Part shown: positions 1-9,800 of the stretch, piece after piece
Position numbering within the stretch: position 1 is the first letter of the stretch
Layout: the number at the start of each line of letters is the position of its first letter
From: a virus
Length of the DNA stretch: 64,000 nt
Reading direction: 5' to 3' (one strand)
IMG/VR virus record: IMGVR_UViG_3300046792_000213
Span: 12,394-76,393 of that record
Program-made: the position numbers and the translations under genes
Notes under the pieces: model-generated
Told to the model about the DNA's origin: nothing
Databases searched by the model: none
The model's input: only the letters and a program-made list of their open reading frames with translations

Positions 1-69
1 CGAGTGGGAACAGCGCCACGGGCTCGCCGAAAAACCCCGGTACGAGATCTGACACCCGAAAGGAACCCC

Positions 70-270
70 ATGCCCTACCGCCCCGGTGACCGTGTCACCA
101 TCACCAACCCCCACCCCGAGAACGCGAAATGGCGTGGCCTGACCGGCACCGTAGTGGACGACGGCTCCAAGTCCGGCGGCCTCATCCCCGTCAAGGGCCT
201 CGATGGTCGCATCAAGGAAGCCGTCGCCGGCTACCGCGGCTTCTACGCCGAGGAGCTGACCCGCGCATGA
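70..270 (+). CDS. Small SH3/KOW-like hypothetical protein
   Basis: AGGA RBS before ATG 70; YRPGDRVTI...GTVV pattern; ATGA overlap with next gene. Confidence 0.65.
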   Translation: MPYRPGDRVTITNPHPENAKWRGLTGTVVDDGSKSGGLIPVKGLDGRIKEAVAGYRGFYAEELTRA

Positions 271-776
271 CCACCAACAACACCCTTCCGGAGCCCACCG
301 ACCGGGACCTGCTCGACCTCGTCACCATCCACACGCAGATCCGCCAGCAGCCGGCCAGCGCGGGCATATGGGTCCCGCCGATGCCCCCGTTCGAGAACCC
401 CGCGCTCAATCGGCGGGTCCGTCGCCTCGCCGCGGACTACGTCGTCCTTCGGCTCTACCGGGCACACATCGACGCCTGGTGGGCCGAGCGGGACGAGGCC
501 CGGGGCTACGAGGAGATCAACGCCCGTATTCGGGAACGCAACGAGCAGATCATGGCCGCCGCGATGTGGGCGGCGCGCACCCGCGGCGGCGAGATCAAAC
601 CATTCCCCACGGAAGAAGCCGCGCGTCGCGCCGTCCACTCCAACAGCATCTACGGCACCGTGCTACGCCGCACACGGCCGGGTGGTCCTTGGATTGACGT
701 CGTCTCAATCCCCCTGGAAGAGATCACGGCAACATCCCGGATCCGCAGCGCCGCCGACGAACTCACGGGGGCCTGA
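267..776 (+). CDS. Hypothetical protein
   Basis: ATGA-coupled start (MTTNNTLPEP), high-GC3 codons. Confidence 0.7.
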   Translation: MTTNNTLPEPTDRDLLDLVTIHTQIRQQPASAGIWVPPMPPFENPALNRRVRRLAADYVVLRLYRAHIDAWWAERDEARGYEEINARIRERNEQIMAAAMWAARTRGGEIKPFPTEEAARRAVHSNSIYGTVLRRTRPGGPWIDVVSIPLEEITATSRIRSAADELTGA

Positions 777-778
777 CC

Positions 779-976
779 ATGGCATCCCGAACCGTCACCG
801 ACTCCGGCATGACCGACCAGCAGTGGGAAGCACAGAACTCCCGCCTCGGGCCGTCCGCCGCCGAGAAGCGCGGCCTGTGCTGGCAGTGCGCCGGCAAGAA
901 AGTCCTCTACACGGCGTTCGGCGGCGTACAGCGCGAGGTCGACTGCGGCGAGTGCCGCGGCACCGGAAAGGCGTGA
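779..976 (+). CDS. Small zinc-finger protein (DnaJ-like CxxCxGxG)
   Basis: CWQCAG...CGECRGTG. Confidence 0.7.
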   Translation: MASRTVTDSGMTDQQWEAQNSRLGPSAAEKRGLCWQCAGKKVLYTAFGGVQREVDCGECRGTGKA

Positions 977-977
977 G

Positions 978-1262
978 ATGAACCTGTCGTTCCCCACCCG
1001 GCTGGGCGAGAAAGTCATCGTCCGCTCAGGTCCGCTCGGGTCGCGCTGGTCATGCTCAGGCTGCAAGCAGACCGGCACTCCCCGCAAGGCCGACCTGGAA
1101 AAGGAAGCCGCCAGGCACGCTGCCGCCTGCCGATACCGCAAAGGTCAACTCGTCCCGGACCTGCGGGGCTGGGACTGCGCCCGCTGCAACTTCGGCAACC
1201 ACCGCGCCGCCCCGACCTGCGCCGGATGCGGCGCCCACGCCCGCCTCGCCGCCATCTGGTGA
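978..1262 (+). CDS. Double zinc-finger protein with C-terminal RanBP2-type finger
   Basis: WSCSGC...HAAAC plus WDCARCNFGNHRAAPTCAGC, matching W-x-C-x2-C-x3-N-x6-C-x2-C. Confidence 0.7.
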   Translation: MNLSFPTRLGEKVIVRSGPLGSRWSCSGCKQTGTPRKADLEKEAARHAAACRYRKGQLVPDLRGWDCARCNFGNHRAAPTCAGCGAHARLAAIW

Positions 1263-1290
1263 CCAAGCACAACCAGAGAAGAGGCTGACC

Positions 1291-1548
1291 ATGTACCCGA
1301 CCGGCACCCACGTCACGATCCGCTCCGTCGACCACCTGCCCGGCAAGCACCGCAACCTCATCGGCCGGGAGGGCATAGTCGGCGATCACGAGAACGGCAT
1401 GAACATCCTCACCGCCACCGGCTGGGTGATCGGCGGGCACTACGCCTTCCCCGACGACGCCCTCACCGTTACCGGGCGCGGCACCCCGCCCGCCATGCCG
1501 CGCCGGTACCGGGTCCGCGGCTACTACGCGCCCGACCAGGAGTCCTGA
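1291..1548 (+). CDS. Small SH3/KOW-like hypothetical protein
   Basis: GAGG RBS; YPTGTHVTI...GREGIV, resembling 70..270. Confidence 0.65.
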   Translation: MYPTGTHVTIRSVDHLPGKHRNLIGREGIVGDHENGMNILTATGWVIGGHYAFPDDALTVTGRGTPPAMPRRYRVRGYYAPDQES

Positions 1549-1751
1549 TGCCGATCACGATCCGCAAGTCCATCCGCATCCTGCCCGGAGTGAAGCTGAA
1601 CTTCGGCCGCCGCTCGCGGTCGATCACGATCGGGCCGAAGTGGTTCAAGAAGACGTACTCGTCCACCGGCCGCACCACGACCTCCGCCGACCTTCCCGGC
1701 CCGTTCGGATGGCGCACCAGCACCCGCCGCACCCGGAACGAGAACCAGTAA
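1548..1751 (+). CDS. DUF4236-like basic protein
   Basis: RKSIRILPGVKLNF...SITIG...S..LPG motif; TGATG coupling. Confidence 0.75.
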   Translation: MPITIRKSIRILPGVKLNFGRRSRSITIGPKWFKKTYSSTGRTTTSADLPGPFGWRTSTRRTRNENQ

Positions 1752-1818
1752 CCACTCCGCCGGCCAACCCACAAGCCCCGCCCAAAGCCACACCACCAAC
1801 CGGCCCCGGACCCACGAC

Positions 1819-1851
1819 AGCCGCCCCTGCCCGAGAAGGGCAGGGGCGGTT
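1819..1851 (+). terminator. Hairpin terminator
   Basis: AGCCGCCCCTGCCC/GGGCAGGGGCGGTT stem after the plus-strand cluster. Confidence 0.7.
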
Positions 1852-2024
1852 CGCTTGCGTCAGGCGGGTGGCACGTCGAGCTCGTCGTTCGCGCAGCCGG
1901 CAGCGACGCGACGATCATTCGCTTCATCATGGGACCTGCGCACCGAGTGCTCGGCAGCAACAGGGGCAGGCGCGACCGGCGTTCACTCGGCGGAGCGAAC
2001 CAGGACGCACTACGCTCACCGGCC

Positions 2025-2624
2025 ATGTCCATCCACTGGTCCGACGGCACCAACGCCATCGCCGCCACAGCCAGCGCCGTCGCAGCCGTGGCCGCCTGGT
2101 TTGCCGCACGCAGATCCAACACGACCGCCGAGACCGTGGCGCGAATCGAGCGCGACCGCTGGCACACCGAACTCACCCCGGAATTCGATGTCACCGCAAC
2201 AGCCCTCGGGCCTGGCACCAACAAGGCGTCCCTGCACATCACGCTCAAGAAGCCAACCGGCCTGCCGGGGCTCACTAAAGGCATCCTCCGAATCCGGGAC
2301 GACGGCTACGTCCACCAGCCGCTCGGCTTCGTTACCCAGGAGATGATCGACGCCACCATCTACGGCCCGTACCGGTTCGAACCTGGCATCAGTGGCGCCA
2401 GCGCGGACGGCCGTACCGTGACCAGCCGCCCAATCGGCCTTGGTGACTGGGACAAGTTCGCCCTTGAACGCACCCTGCCAGACCACGTGGACCAGGATGT
2501 CTGGCACAGCACCTACGACAACGCCCTTATCAGGCTGTCCATCGAGTGCCACGCCGACGGCCACAAGCCCTGGCACGTCACTTACGAGATAGCCGTTGCT
2601 GATCCTGCCTCACCCCAGGCATGA
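2025..2624 (+). CDS. Membrane-anchored hypothetical protein (moron-like)
   Basis: N-terminal hydrophobic helix AIAATASAVAAVAAWFAARRS; TACGCT -10-like box 8 nt before ATG. Confidence 0.7.
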   Translation: MSIHWSDGTNAIAATASAVAAVAAWFAARRSNTTAETVARIERDRWHTELTPEFDVTATALGPGTNKASLHITLKKPTGLPGLTKGILRIRDDGYVHQPLGFVTQEMIDATIYGPYRFEPGISGASADGRTVTSRPIGLGDWDKFALERTLPDHVDQDVWHSTYDNALIRLSIECHADGHKPWHVTYEIAVADPASPQA

Positions 2625-2625
2625 G

Positions 2626-2663
2626 GAAGCCGCCCCCACCCCGCGAAGGGTGAGGGCGGCTTC
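2626..2663. terminator. Bidirectional hairpin terminator
   Basis: GAAGCCGCCC...GGGCGGCTTC between convergent genes. Confidence 0.75.
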
Positions 2664-2723
2664 GTGGTCAGGTGCGGCGGCGGTCAGGGAGTAGCGCCGG
2701 CGGCGTGGTCGGTGGGGGCGTCG

Positions 2724-3518
2724 TCAGGTGATGTTCTTCTGCCGCCACAGGTCGTCGATCAGGTCGAGGCCACGGGCGGTGGCGTAGGCCACCGGGTAGT
2801 TGATCCCCCGGTTCGTCTCCGCGAGCACCCTGAAGTGGCCGCCGTCCTGGAACGCCTTCCGCGGCAGGTTCCGCCCACCACCGTACTGCGAGGTCTGCTT
2901 GCGGAAGATCTGGATCTCGACGAGCCAGTTCGTCATGGTGCGGACGTCGGTGCCGAGCATGTCGGCAGTCTCGGTCATGCCGATCAGCCCGTCGGCGTTC
3001 AGGAACTTGTCCCACTTCCCCGCCTTCGGGGCGGCGACCTCCAGCTCCTTCGCGAGCTGCTGTTCGCGCTCCAGGGCGGCGACGTACTGCTTGGCCATCT
3101 CCAACTCGGACATCGGCCGGCTCGTCGCGATCTCCGCTTTGCGGGTCTGGACGGTGAAGTACGACTGCGCTGCGGCGACGGCGGGCTTGTTGGGCTCGCC
3201 GTTCATGGCGACGAGGTACGCGGCCTGACGACTCAAGTGATAGTCGGCCCGGGGGGCGCCGCCAGTACCTTTTTCCTGACTCCGGGAAAAAGCCTGATCA
3301 GAGTAGGTGCCCGTGTTCTCGGCCGACCGGATGGCACGCTCGATGACCCGGAGGAAGTTCTCCCACTTGTCGTAGCCCATGACCGGCTGAAGGTCCCGAG
3401 CGGACCAGTACTCCTGGCCGTAGTCGTCTTCGCGGCGAAGGGCGTCGAAGGGACTGTTGTTCCCGCCGCCCCCGTCGTTGCCTACGGCTGCCAGCGAGAT
3501 ACCGTTGTTCTGTGCCAC
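2724..3518 (-). CDS. Phage antirepressor (DinD/BRO-like N-terminus, KilAC/ANT C-terminus)
   Basis: EYWSARDLQPVMGYDKWENF...AAAQSYFTVQTRKAE; APKAGKWDKFLNADG; GGAGGA RBS before GTG 3518. Confidence 0.85.
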   Translation of the reverse strand: MAQNNGISLAAVGNDGGGGNNSPFDALRREDDYGQEYWSARDLQPVMGYDKWENFLRVIERAIRSAENTGTYSDQAFSRSQEKGTGGAPRADYHLSRQAAYLVAMNGEPNKPAVAAAQSYFTVQTRKAEIATSRPMSELEMAKQYVAALEREQQLAKELEVAAPKAGKWDKFLNADGLIGMTETADMLGTDVRTMTNWLVEIQIFRKQTSQYGGGRNLPRKAFQDGGHFRVLAETNRGINYPVAYATARGLDLIDDLWRQKNIT

Positions 3519-3617
3519 GGAGCTGTGTCCTCCTGGTTCGTAGCCCTCCGCGGGACCCACTCCCGCGCGAGGGCGAACTTCGTTATGGGGCGGATCATCT
3601 GACGATCCGACAGCAAT

Positions 3618-3639
3618 ACGATACCGGCACTTCCGGACA
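3618..3639 (-). promoter_or_regulatory. PafBC/RecA-NDp-like promoter TGTCCG-N10-TATCGT
   Basis: One mismatch to TGTCGG-N10-TA-N3-T; upstream of the antirepressor. Confidence 0.5.
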
Positions 3640-3719
3640 AAGTGTGACCTCTGCGTGATCAAGGAAATATCAGCTATTCGGGACAGCGGTGCACCGGTCG
3701 TTGGTCGAATCAGACCGAG

Positions 3720-3764
3720 CATGCGAAAGCGCCCCCGCCCGGCCGTGAGGCCAAAGCGGGGGCG
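3720..3764 (-). terminator. Terminator at end of late/lysis operon
   Basis: CGCCCCCGC...GCGGGGGCG followed by CTTTCGCATG. Confidence 0.7.
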
Positions 3765-3767
3765 GTG

Positions 3768-4421
3768 TCAGTTGCGGCGGCGGTCGGACAGCAGCGCGGG
3801 CTGCGTCGGTGTCGGCGATGGTGTCGGGTCGGGTGCCCCGTCCTGGCGGCACACCAGCGCATACGGGTCGTCGAGCGCGGGCTGCTGACTGTATCCGTCG
3901 GGGCAGGGCGAGCCGGGATCGCCTTTCTCGCCCTGCACGCCGGGCGCCCCGTCTTTCCCGTCCGCACCGTCCTTCCCGTCGACACCGTCGCGGCCGGCGG
4001 CGCCCGCCTGTCCGTCCGCGCCCGGAGTGCCCGCCGCACCGGGGAGCCCGGGCGCACCAGTCGCCCCCGGCTCGCCCTGCTGGCCCGGCACGCCAGGAAC
4101 ACCCTGCTCGCCCTGCGGCCCAGCGACTGGCACCGGCACCGCCGTGCGGTCCGGAAGATGAGGCACAGCCGAGGCCGGGTCCGGCGCGACCGGTGTCCCG
4201 CCGATCGCCTGAACCTGCGCCCGCAGAGCCCGCACGTCCCCAGTCAGGGTGGATACCGCCCCGCCCCGCAGGTCGGCCTCCGCGGCGGCGGCCTTGCGAG
4301 CGCCGATCTCGTGATCGACTTTCGTCCAGATGATCAGGACGGCACCGCCAAGGGCGACGAGGACGCACGCGAGGAGCGCGCTGCGCCACCGGCGGGCGAG
4401 GGCTTGCTCCGCGCGGGTCAT
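3768..4421 (-). CDS. Membrane-anchored collagen-like protein of the lysis cassette
   Basis: TM helix, coiled coil, ~20 G-X-Y repeats, CPDG...LVC tail. Confidence 0.85.
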   Translation of the reverse strand: MTRAEQALARRWRSALLACVLVALGGAVLIIWTKVDHEIGARKAAAAEADLRGGAVSTLTGDVRALRAQVQAIGGTPVAPDPASAVPHLPDRTAVPVPVAGPQGEQGVPGVPGQQGEPGATGAPGLPGAAGTPGADGQAGAAGRDGVDGKDGADGKDGAPGVQGEKGDPGSPCPDGYSQQPALDDPYALVCRQDGAPDPTPSPTPTQPALLSDRRRN

Positions 4422-4684
4422 GGGTTCCCTCCGAGTTGGATGATGATCGCGCGCAGGCGGGTGATTTCAGCCTGGTCCGCGGCGCGCAGCGCGGACTGGT
4501 CAGCGAGGATGACGGCTTGGTCGGTGACCTTGCGGTCGAGGCGGTCCCGCTCTTCTTGGAGATCGCCGGTGAGGCTGGTGTAGCCCGTCAGAGCGGTCTC
4601 GCCCCTCTTCCCGAGGTACGCCACCGCCGCGCCGAGGACACCGCCGATGCCGACCAGCAGCGCCCCCAGGGCGGTGGCGTCCAA
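4418..4684 (-). CDS. Small membrane/coiled-coil lysis-cassette protein
   Basis: Single N-terminal TM plus coiled coil; coupled to collagen-like gene. Confidence 0.75.
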   Translation of the reverse strand: MDATALGALLVGIGGVLGAAVAYLGKRGETALTGYTSLTGDLQEERDRLDRKVTDQAVILADQSALRAADQAEITRLRAIIIQLGGNP

Positions 4685-4694
4685 GGGGGCTCCT

Positions 4695-5048
4695 CTACGC
4701 GGCCAGATCGACAGACCGACGGACCACCGGGGCGGTCACCTGTGTCCGGACGAACATGCCGACGATCGCTGCCGCCGCGGACATCACGACGGCCTGCTGA
4801 TCCGCCGACCAGTCCAGTCCGAACCCGACAGCGAGAGCGACGGCGGACTGCACGAGGCCGAGGACGGCGGCGCTGATGCCGTCGTGGACCATCACGGCGA
4901 CGACGACGCCGACGAAGGCAGCGGCCACCGCGTTGATGACCGACTGCTGGTCGGCGGACACGTCCAGGCCGAACGCGGTCAGCAGTTTCACGCCGACGGC
5001 AACGAGGGCGAGCCACAGTGCGGGCTCGCGACCGAAGATTCTGGGCAT
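4695..5048 (-). CDS. Holin
   Basis: MPRIFGREPALW, 4 hydrophobic segments, VRTQVT end; follows endolysin. Confidence 0.8.
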   Translation of the reverse strand: MPRIFGREPALWLALVAVGVKLLTAFGLDVSADQQSVINAVAAAFVGVVVAVMVHDGISAAVLGLVQSAVALAVGFGLDWSADQQAVVMSAAAAIVGMFVRTQVTAPVVRRSVDLAA

Positions 5049-5050
5049 GG

Positions 5051-5908
5051 TCAGTCCTCCTTCAGCGCGTCGCCGAGTTGGTCGAGCGCGGCGTCTGCCC
5101 CGGCCTTGGCCGCGGCGGTGATCTCGGCAGCAGTCAGGCCGCCTCCGTGGGCCAGCGCGGCGACAGCCGCAGTGAGCGCGGCGGTCTGCGCCGTCAGGGA
5201 CTTCACCGCGGCCAGCGCGGCGCCGGCCTTGAGATTCCCGTAGGCGATCCAGTCGCCCACCGTGGCGGTCTGGCCGCCCGGGCTGAGCGGATTGCCCTTC
5301 GGGACGGTGATCTTGTCGGTGAGCTGCACGTCGTCCTCCTCGTGCTGGGGTGTGGATGGTCCGGCCGCCCACGCACGGAGCTGGTCGCCGGTCAGCGGGC
5401 AGTAGTTGCGGTCGATACCGCCGGCTTCGCTGTACTGGTGGAACAGCCAGTCCGAGGTGATGCGCGGCTGGCCTTTGGGCGCGGACGGGTCGGCGATCCA
5501 CAACCCGTCGGCGCAGAAGGAGGTGCTGTCGCGGTGCAGCCAGTAGTCCCGGTTGCAGTACAAGATCACCCGGTTGTGCGGTGCCTTGGCCTGCACGTAC
5601 CGCAGCCATGCGTCCTTCTCCTGATCGGAGACCCCGGGGTCCTCCCAGTCGAAGGCGAGGACGTCACCGGGCTTCGCACCCGCTTGCGCGAGGAAGTAGT
5701 CGGCCTGCGCCGTCATGCTCCCGGGCCGGGCGAAGTGGTAGTGCCCGACGACCAGACCGTCCGCGCGGGCCGTCGCCACCTGCGACGCGCGCCGCGGGTT
5801 GGTGAAGGTGGTGCCCTCGGTGGCCTTCACGAACGCGAAGCCCAGCCCCTTCGTGGACGGCCGCGACTTCTGGTAGCCCGCCCAGTCCTGGCCCTCGGCG
5901 CCCGTCAC
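5051..5908 (-). CDS. Endolysin, GH25 muramidase
   Basis: GQDWAGYQ, FVKATEG, GHYHFA, FDWE, LWIA, HQYS motifs. Confidence 0.92.
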   Translation of the reverse strand: MTGAEGQDWAGYQKSRPSTKGLGFAFVKATEGTTFTNPRRASQVATARADGLVVGHYHFARPGSMTAQADYFLAQAGAKPGDVLAFDWEDPGVSDQEKDAWLRYVQAKAPHNRVILYCNRDYWLHRDSTSFCADGLWIADPSAPKGQPRITSDWLFHQYSEAGGIDRNYCPLTGDQLRAWAAGPSTPQHEEDDVQLTDKITVPKGNPLSPGGQTATVGDWIAYGNLKAGAALAAVKSLTAQTAALTAAVAALAHGGGLTAAEITAAAKAGADAALDQLGDALKED

Positions 5909-6031
5909 CGCGCGCTCCCCTCTCCGGCCAGCGCCCGGGCGTCCTCGATGAGTTCGACAGTCATTTGTCCTCCGGGCATGAGAAAACCCCGGCCGGAAGG
6001 GCGCGGAGCGAATGGTTCAGAGCGCTTGGGT

Positions 6032-6286
6032 TTAGATGAAGACGCCGTTCACGAGGTCGCCCTCGGACTGCGTTTCGTCGGTCTGGTGGCGTGTCACCCA
6101 CGCCTCGGCCACGGTGCCCTCCGGCACAGGGAAGGTGAGGAAGAGATTCGCGAGAGCGATTGCGAGTTCATCGGTCATGCCGCACGCACTCGTGAAGACC
6201 GGATAGGCGGCCTCGTTCGCGCTGTTGTCGAGGCGGCGCAGGCCGAGGTTGAAGTTGTACGTCGTCGCGTTGACAGTTGTGGGCAC
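6032..6286 (-). CDS. Hypothetical protein after tail fibre
   Basis: AGGAG RBS; position in tail module. Confidence 0.65.
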   Translation of the reverse strand: MPTTVNATTYNFNLGLRRLDNSANEAAYPVFTSACGMTDELAIALANLFLTFPVPEGTVAEAWVTRHQTDETQSEGDLVNGVFI

Positions 6287-6309
6287 CTGATCTCCTTAGG
6301 CGTGCTGAG

Positions 6310-6855
6310 TTACGCCGCGACCCATTCGACGGAGAATGAGGTCATCGCAGCACCGACCGAGCTTGTACTCAGTGGACCCCCGCTGTTCTGGAAGCCGAGG
6401 AGTGACACGAAGTCCCCGACGACGAGACGCGCGTAGGTGGGGGTCGGGGCGACCGTTGTGGCGAATCCCGGCGCTGGGGCGATCAGCTGCTCGCTGCCGA
6501 TGATTCCGGTGGTGGACCCGTTCAGGCCGACTGCGGCGCCGCGCGTGCCTGTGCCGGTGATGGGGTAGATGACGGCGCCGGTCATGAGGTAGATGCCGGC
6601 GACCTGGCAGGTGTAGCGGCTGGTGTTGGTGACGGTGGAGTGCCCGGCGTCGCTGTCGAAGACCTCGGTGTCCAGCGACAGGGCGGTGAAGGCGTTGTTG
6701 GGGATGGACTGGGAGACCGTTGCGTAGGCCGAGAAGATCGGCTTGCCGGTCGTGAAGTCCCCAAGGGCCTTCATCGTGGCGTTGAACAGGGCTGCTGTGT
6801 CGTAGTTGCCTGGGGCCTCGGTGGGCATGACGGGCACGGTGCGGGGCACTGCCAC
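6310..6855 (-). CDS. Minor tail/receptor-binding protein (C1q/TNF-like jelly roll)
   Basis: SQSIPNNAFTALSLDTEVFD...SRYTCQVAGIYL...GDFVSL; GGAGG RBS. Confidence 0.75.
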   Translation of the reverse strand: MAVPRTVPVMPTEAPGNYDTAALFNATMKALGDFTTGKPIFSAYATVSQSIPNNAFTALSLDTEVFDSDAGHSTVTNTSRYTCQVAGIYLMTGAVIYPITGTGTRGAAVGLNGSTTGIIGSEQLIAPAPGFATTVAPTPTYARLVVGDFVSLLGFQNSGGPLSTSSVGAAMTSFSVEWVAA

Positions 6856-6878
6856 CTCCGGGTGGGTGGGGCTGGGGG

Positions 6879-9800
6879 TCAGTACGCGAAGGCGGCTGCG
6901 TCGAACGCGGACACGGCGTCCCACGTGGTGGGGTCGGTGATGACCGCGGGTAGTGGTTCGCAGATCACGTCGCCGGCGGTGTGGGCTTTGCTGGTCGGTG
7001 CGGTGAGGGTGACAGTTGCGGTGGACCAACCGGGGCTGGTGGCGCCGACCGCGAGGATCGTGACGGTCTCGGCGTTGGCGGTGTTCTGCCCGAGTACCAG
7101 TTGCTGCCCGGGCCAGAGTTGCTGCGCCGCGAGGTTGGTGTTGTCCTGGCCGTGGTCGATGACGACACTGCCGACCCCGGATGCCACGGTGGCGTTGAGG
7201 GTGGTGTGGAACGCCGCAAAGATCTTGTAAGGGGTGATGTCCGCCGGAGAGCACTGCAGGGTGAGGACAGCCTCGTTCTTGTCGTCGAAGGACCAGGAGA
7301 TGTTCTCGACGAACACATCCAACTGGGTAGCAGTCAGGCCCGGCGGGCGGCGCATCACCCGCACCCGGGTGCCGAGTTCCAGTCCGAGACACACGGGCCA
7401 CAGTGCCGGGTTCGCCGACGGGTGCAACTGCAGGGCGGTGATGCGGTTGAGCGGCGCCTTGTACCGGGACAAGGCGTAGTCGGCGGCATCCTGGCATTCC
7501 AGGGCGCTGGAGGCGTTCACCGTCCGGGTGAGGGTCCGCGGGAAGTACGCGGCGATTGATGCGGCGTCGCGGGCGTTGAAGACCTGCCCGGTGCTGGCCT
7601 GGGTGACCGCGACCTGGTTGCCGAGGTGGGTGGAGTCCCACACGGTTTTGACGTCCTCGTAGGGCAGCTCCCCCAGGTCCGCGCGCTCGCCGAACACATA
7701 GGCGGGTGTGAGCGCGTTGTAGCGGGCAGAGCGGGACCGGAAGGTGATGGTTCCGTCAGCGGCGACGAAGTGCGCCCCGTTCTCGGTCGTCACCACGTCC
7801 TGCAGGGCGCTGACGACATCCTGCCCATCGGTGGCCGCGGGCCCCATCGAGGTGGTGAGCCCGGCCTGCAGGCTGGTGGGGCCGGTGTATCCGGCGTAGC
7901 GGAGGATGCGGGCGTAGCGGGCGTCGGTGGACTCCCCGGCCGCGGCGGACCGCCAGGCCGTGTACACGCCGGTGCAGTCCGTGGACGTCAGGCCCGTGGC
8001 GAGCTCCGCGACGTAGGACAGGTCACCCTTGAAGGTGTAGTTGGTGGCGTTTCCAAGGTCGGAGCGGACCGCGGCTCCGACCGCGTCGGAAACGATTCCC
8101 TGGGGGAAATAAGGGGTGTCGTGGCCGCCACTGGTGCTGCTGTCCACGTCGGTGTACGTGCCGTCTACGGACAGGAAAAGACGGGAGTGGGTGCCGCCGA
8201 TGGCGTCCTGCCCGAAGAGCACCAGGTGCCAGTTGGAGTCGGCGACCGCCGTGGTGAGGCTGAGGTTGATGCCTCCGTTGAGGACACTGGCCATTTGCAG
8301 GTTGACGTGCCCGGCGGTGTCGATCCACAGGCGCAACTGCCCGCCGGGGTTGGCGCCGCCGTGCTGGTCCATGGCCGTCCACAGGTCGGCCTCGGCCGTC
8401 GGGGCGGGGCCGGTGTACCGGAACGCAATCATGCGGGTGAACGTGTTGCTGCTCGGGCCGAGAATGCCCGCCCCGCCCAGGTCCAGGAACGACGCTGCCG
8501 CGGCCGGCGCGTTCACCCCGGGGCTGGGCGTGGTGAGGGTGACGACCGTGCCCGCGGACCCGGTGTAGACGCCGGTCGGAGATGCTGCGGTGATCGCCGT
8601 GCCTGCGGTGAGGGTTCCGGCGCCCTGTTTTGACACCGCGATCGGCAGCGCGGGGAAAGCCCCCGTGGTGTCCGTGAAAGCGGTGGACCCATCAGGGTCG
8701 CCAAGGGTGTACAGGTACCGCGGGCTGCGGGAGTTGAGCTCCATGGTCAGCGGGCTCGACAGCGTCAACTGCGACAGCAGACTGAACGCGTCCGCCGCCG
8801 GAGGGCTGACGGTGCCGTAGGTGCCGGACATCGACCACTGCGACTGCCAGTCCTCGGTGAACCCGGCGTACCAGGGGTACCAGGCCCCGGGCATCACCCA
8901 TGCGGACGCGGTCATGCCCGTCTCCTGCTGCCACCCGTCGGTCTGGATCAAGCAGTTCGCGGCGGCCGTTCCCGCGACCGCAACGCCGACGTCGATGCCG
9001 TAGACGCCCGCGGGTGCGGTGCCCGACACCGTCAGCGTCGACCACCCGGCCGTCGTCGACCCGGTCAAGGTGACCGTACTGCCGTAGATGTAACTGGTGG
9101 GCATGGGCGATGACGCGTCGTACCAGCCAAGAGCCGGCTTCACTTGCAGGGTCGTCGAGGCGGTGACGTCCCGGACGTGGATCTGCGCCGTGTACGGCTG
9201 CCCGGGGAGAACCGCAACCTGCGGGGAGTGCGCGATCCGCTGCCCCACCACGGTACCAATGGGCACCGTGAACTGGGTAACCCGCCCGCCCGCCCACGCG
9301 GACGCCGACGCGACGACGCTGCCGCCAGTGATGTCGGTGTCCGTGTGCAGGTCCAGAGTGATCGACGGAGTGATCGTGCCCACGCTGACACCGGTGGCGT
9401 CACCGCCGGCCGCGACCCCTCGGGAGAGCAAGTTGACGGTGGGCGGCCACTGCCCACGGATCCTGAACGGCTGGAACGGCTGCACGTGCCCCGCGACCGG
9501 CGACGTGGTCGAGGTGGGGTCCAGGTACCCGTCGGGGTTGCCGAGGGTCACCTGCTCCTCGCCGGCCCGGACCTGGTCCAGTTCATACTGGCGGCCCCGG
9601 CCCACGGTGGTTGTGCCTTGGGTGCGCTGACTGACGTCCACGTATACGCCACGGGGGATGCTGCCGCCGTTGGCCCCCCACCACAGTCCGGCCCCGTATT
9701 CGGCCCGTGGCCAGTTCGGGTTGTACTGGCCGCCGCTGCGGGTGTTGACGTGTGCGATGACGGTGGTGTTCCCGGCGACCTCGGTCACGGATGCTTGGGA

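Noticed and set aside
3570-3720. LexA box upstream of the antirepressor (CGAACTTCGTT, TCGAATCAGACCGA)
   Set aside because: Spacing and half-sites do not fit CGAAC-N4-GTTCG
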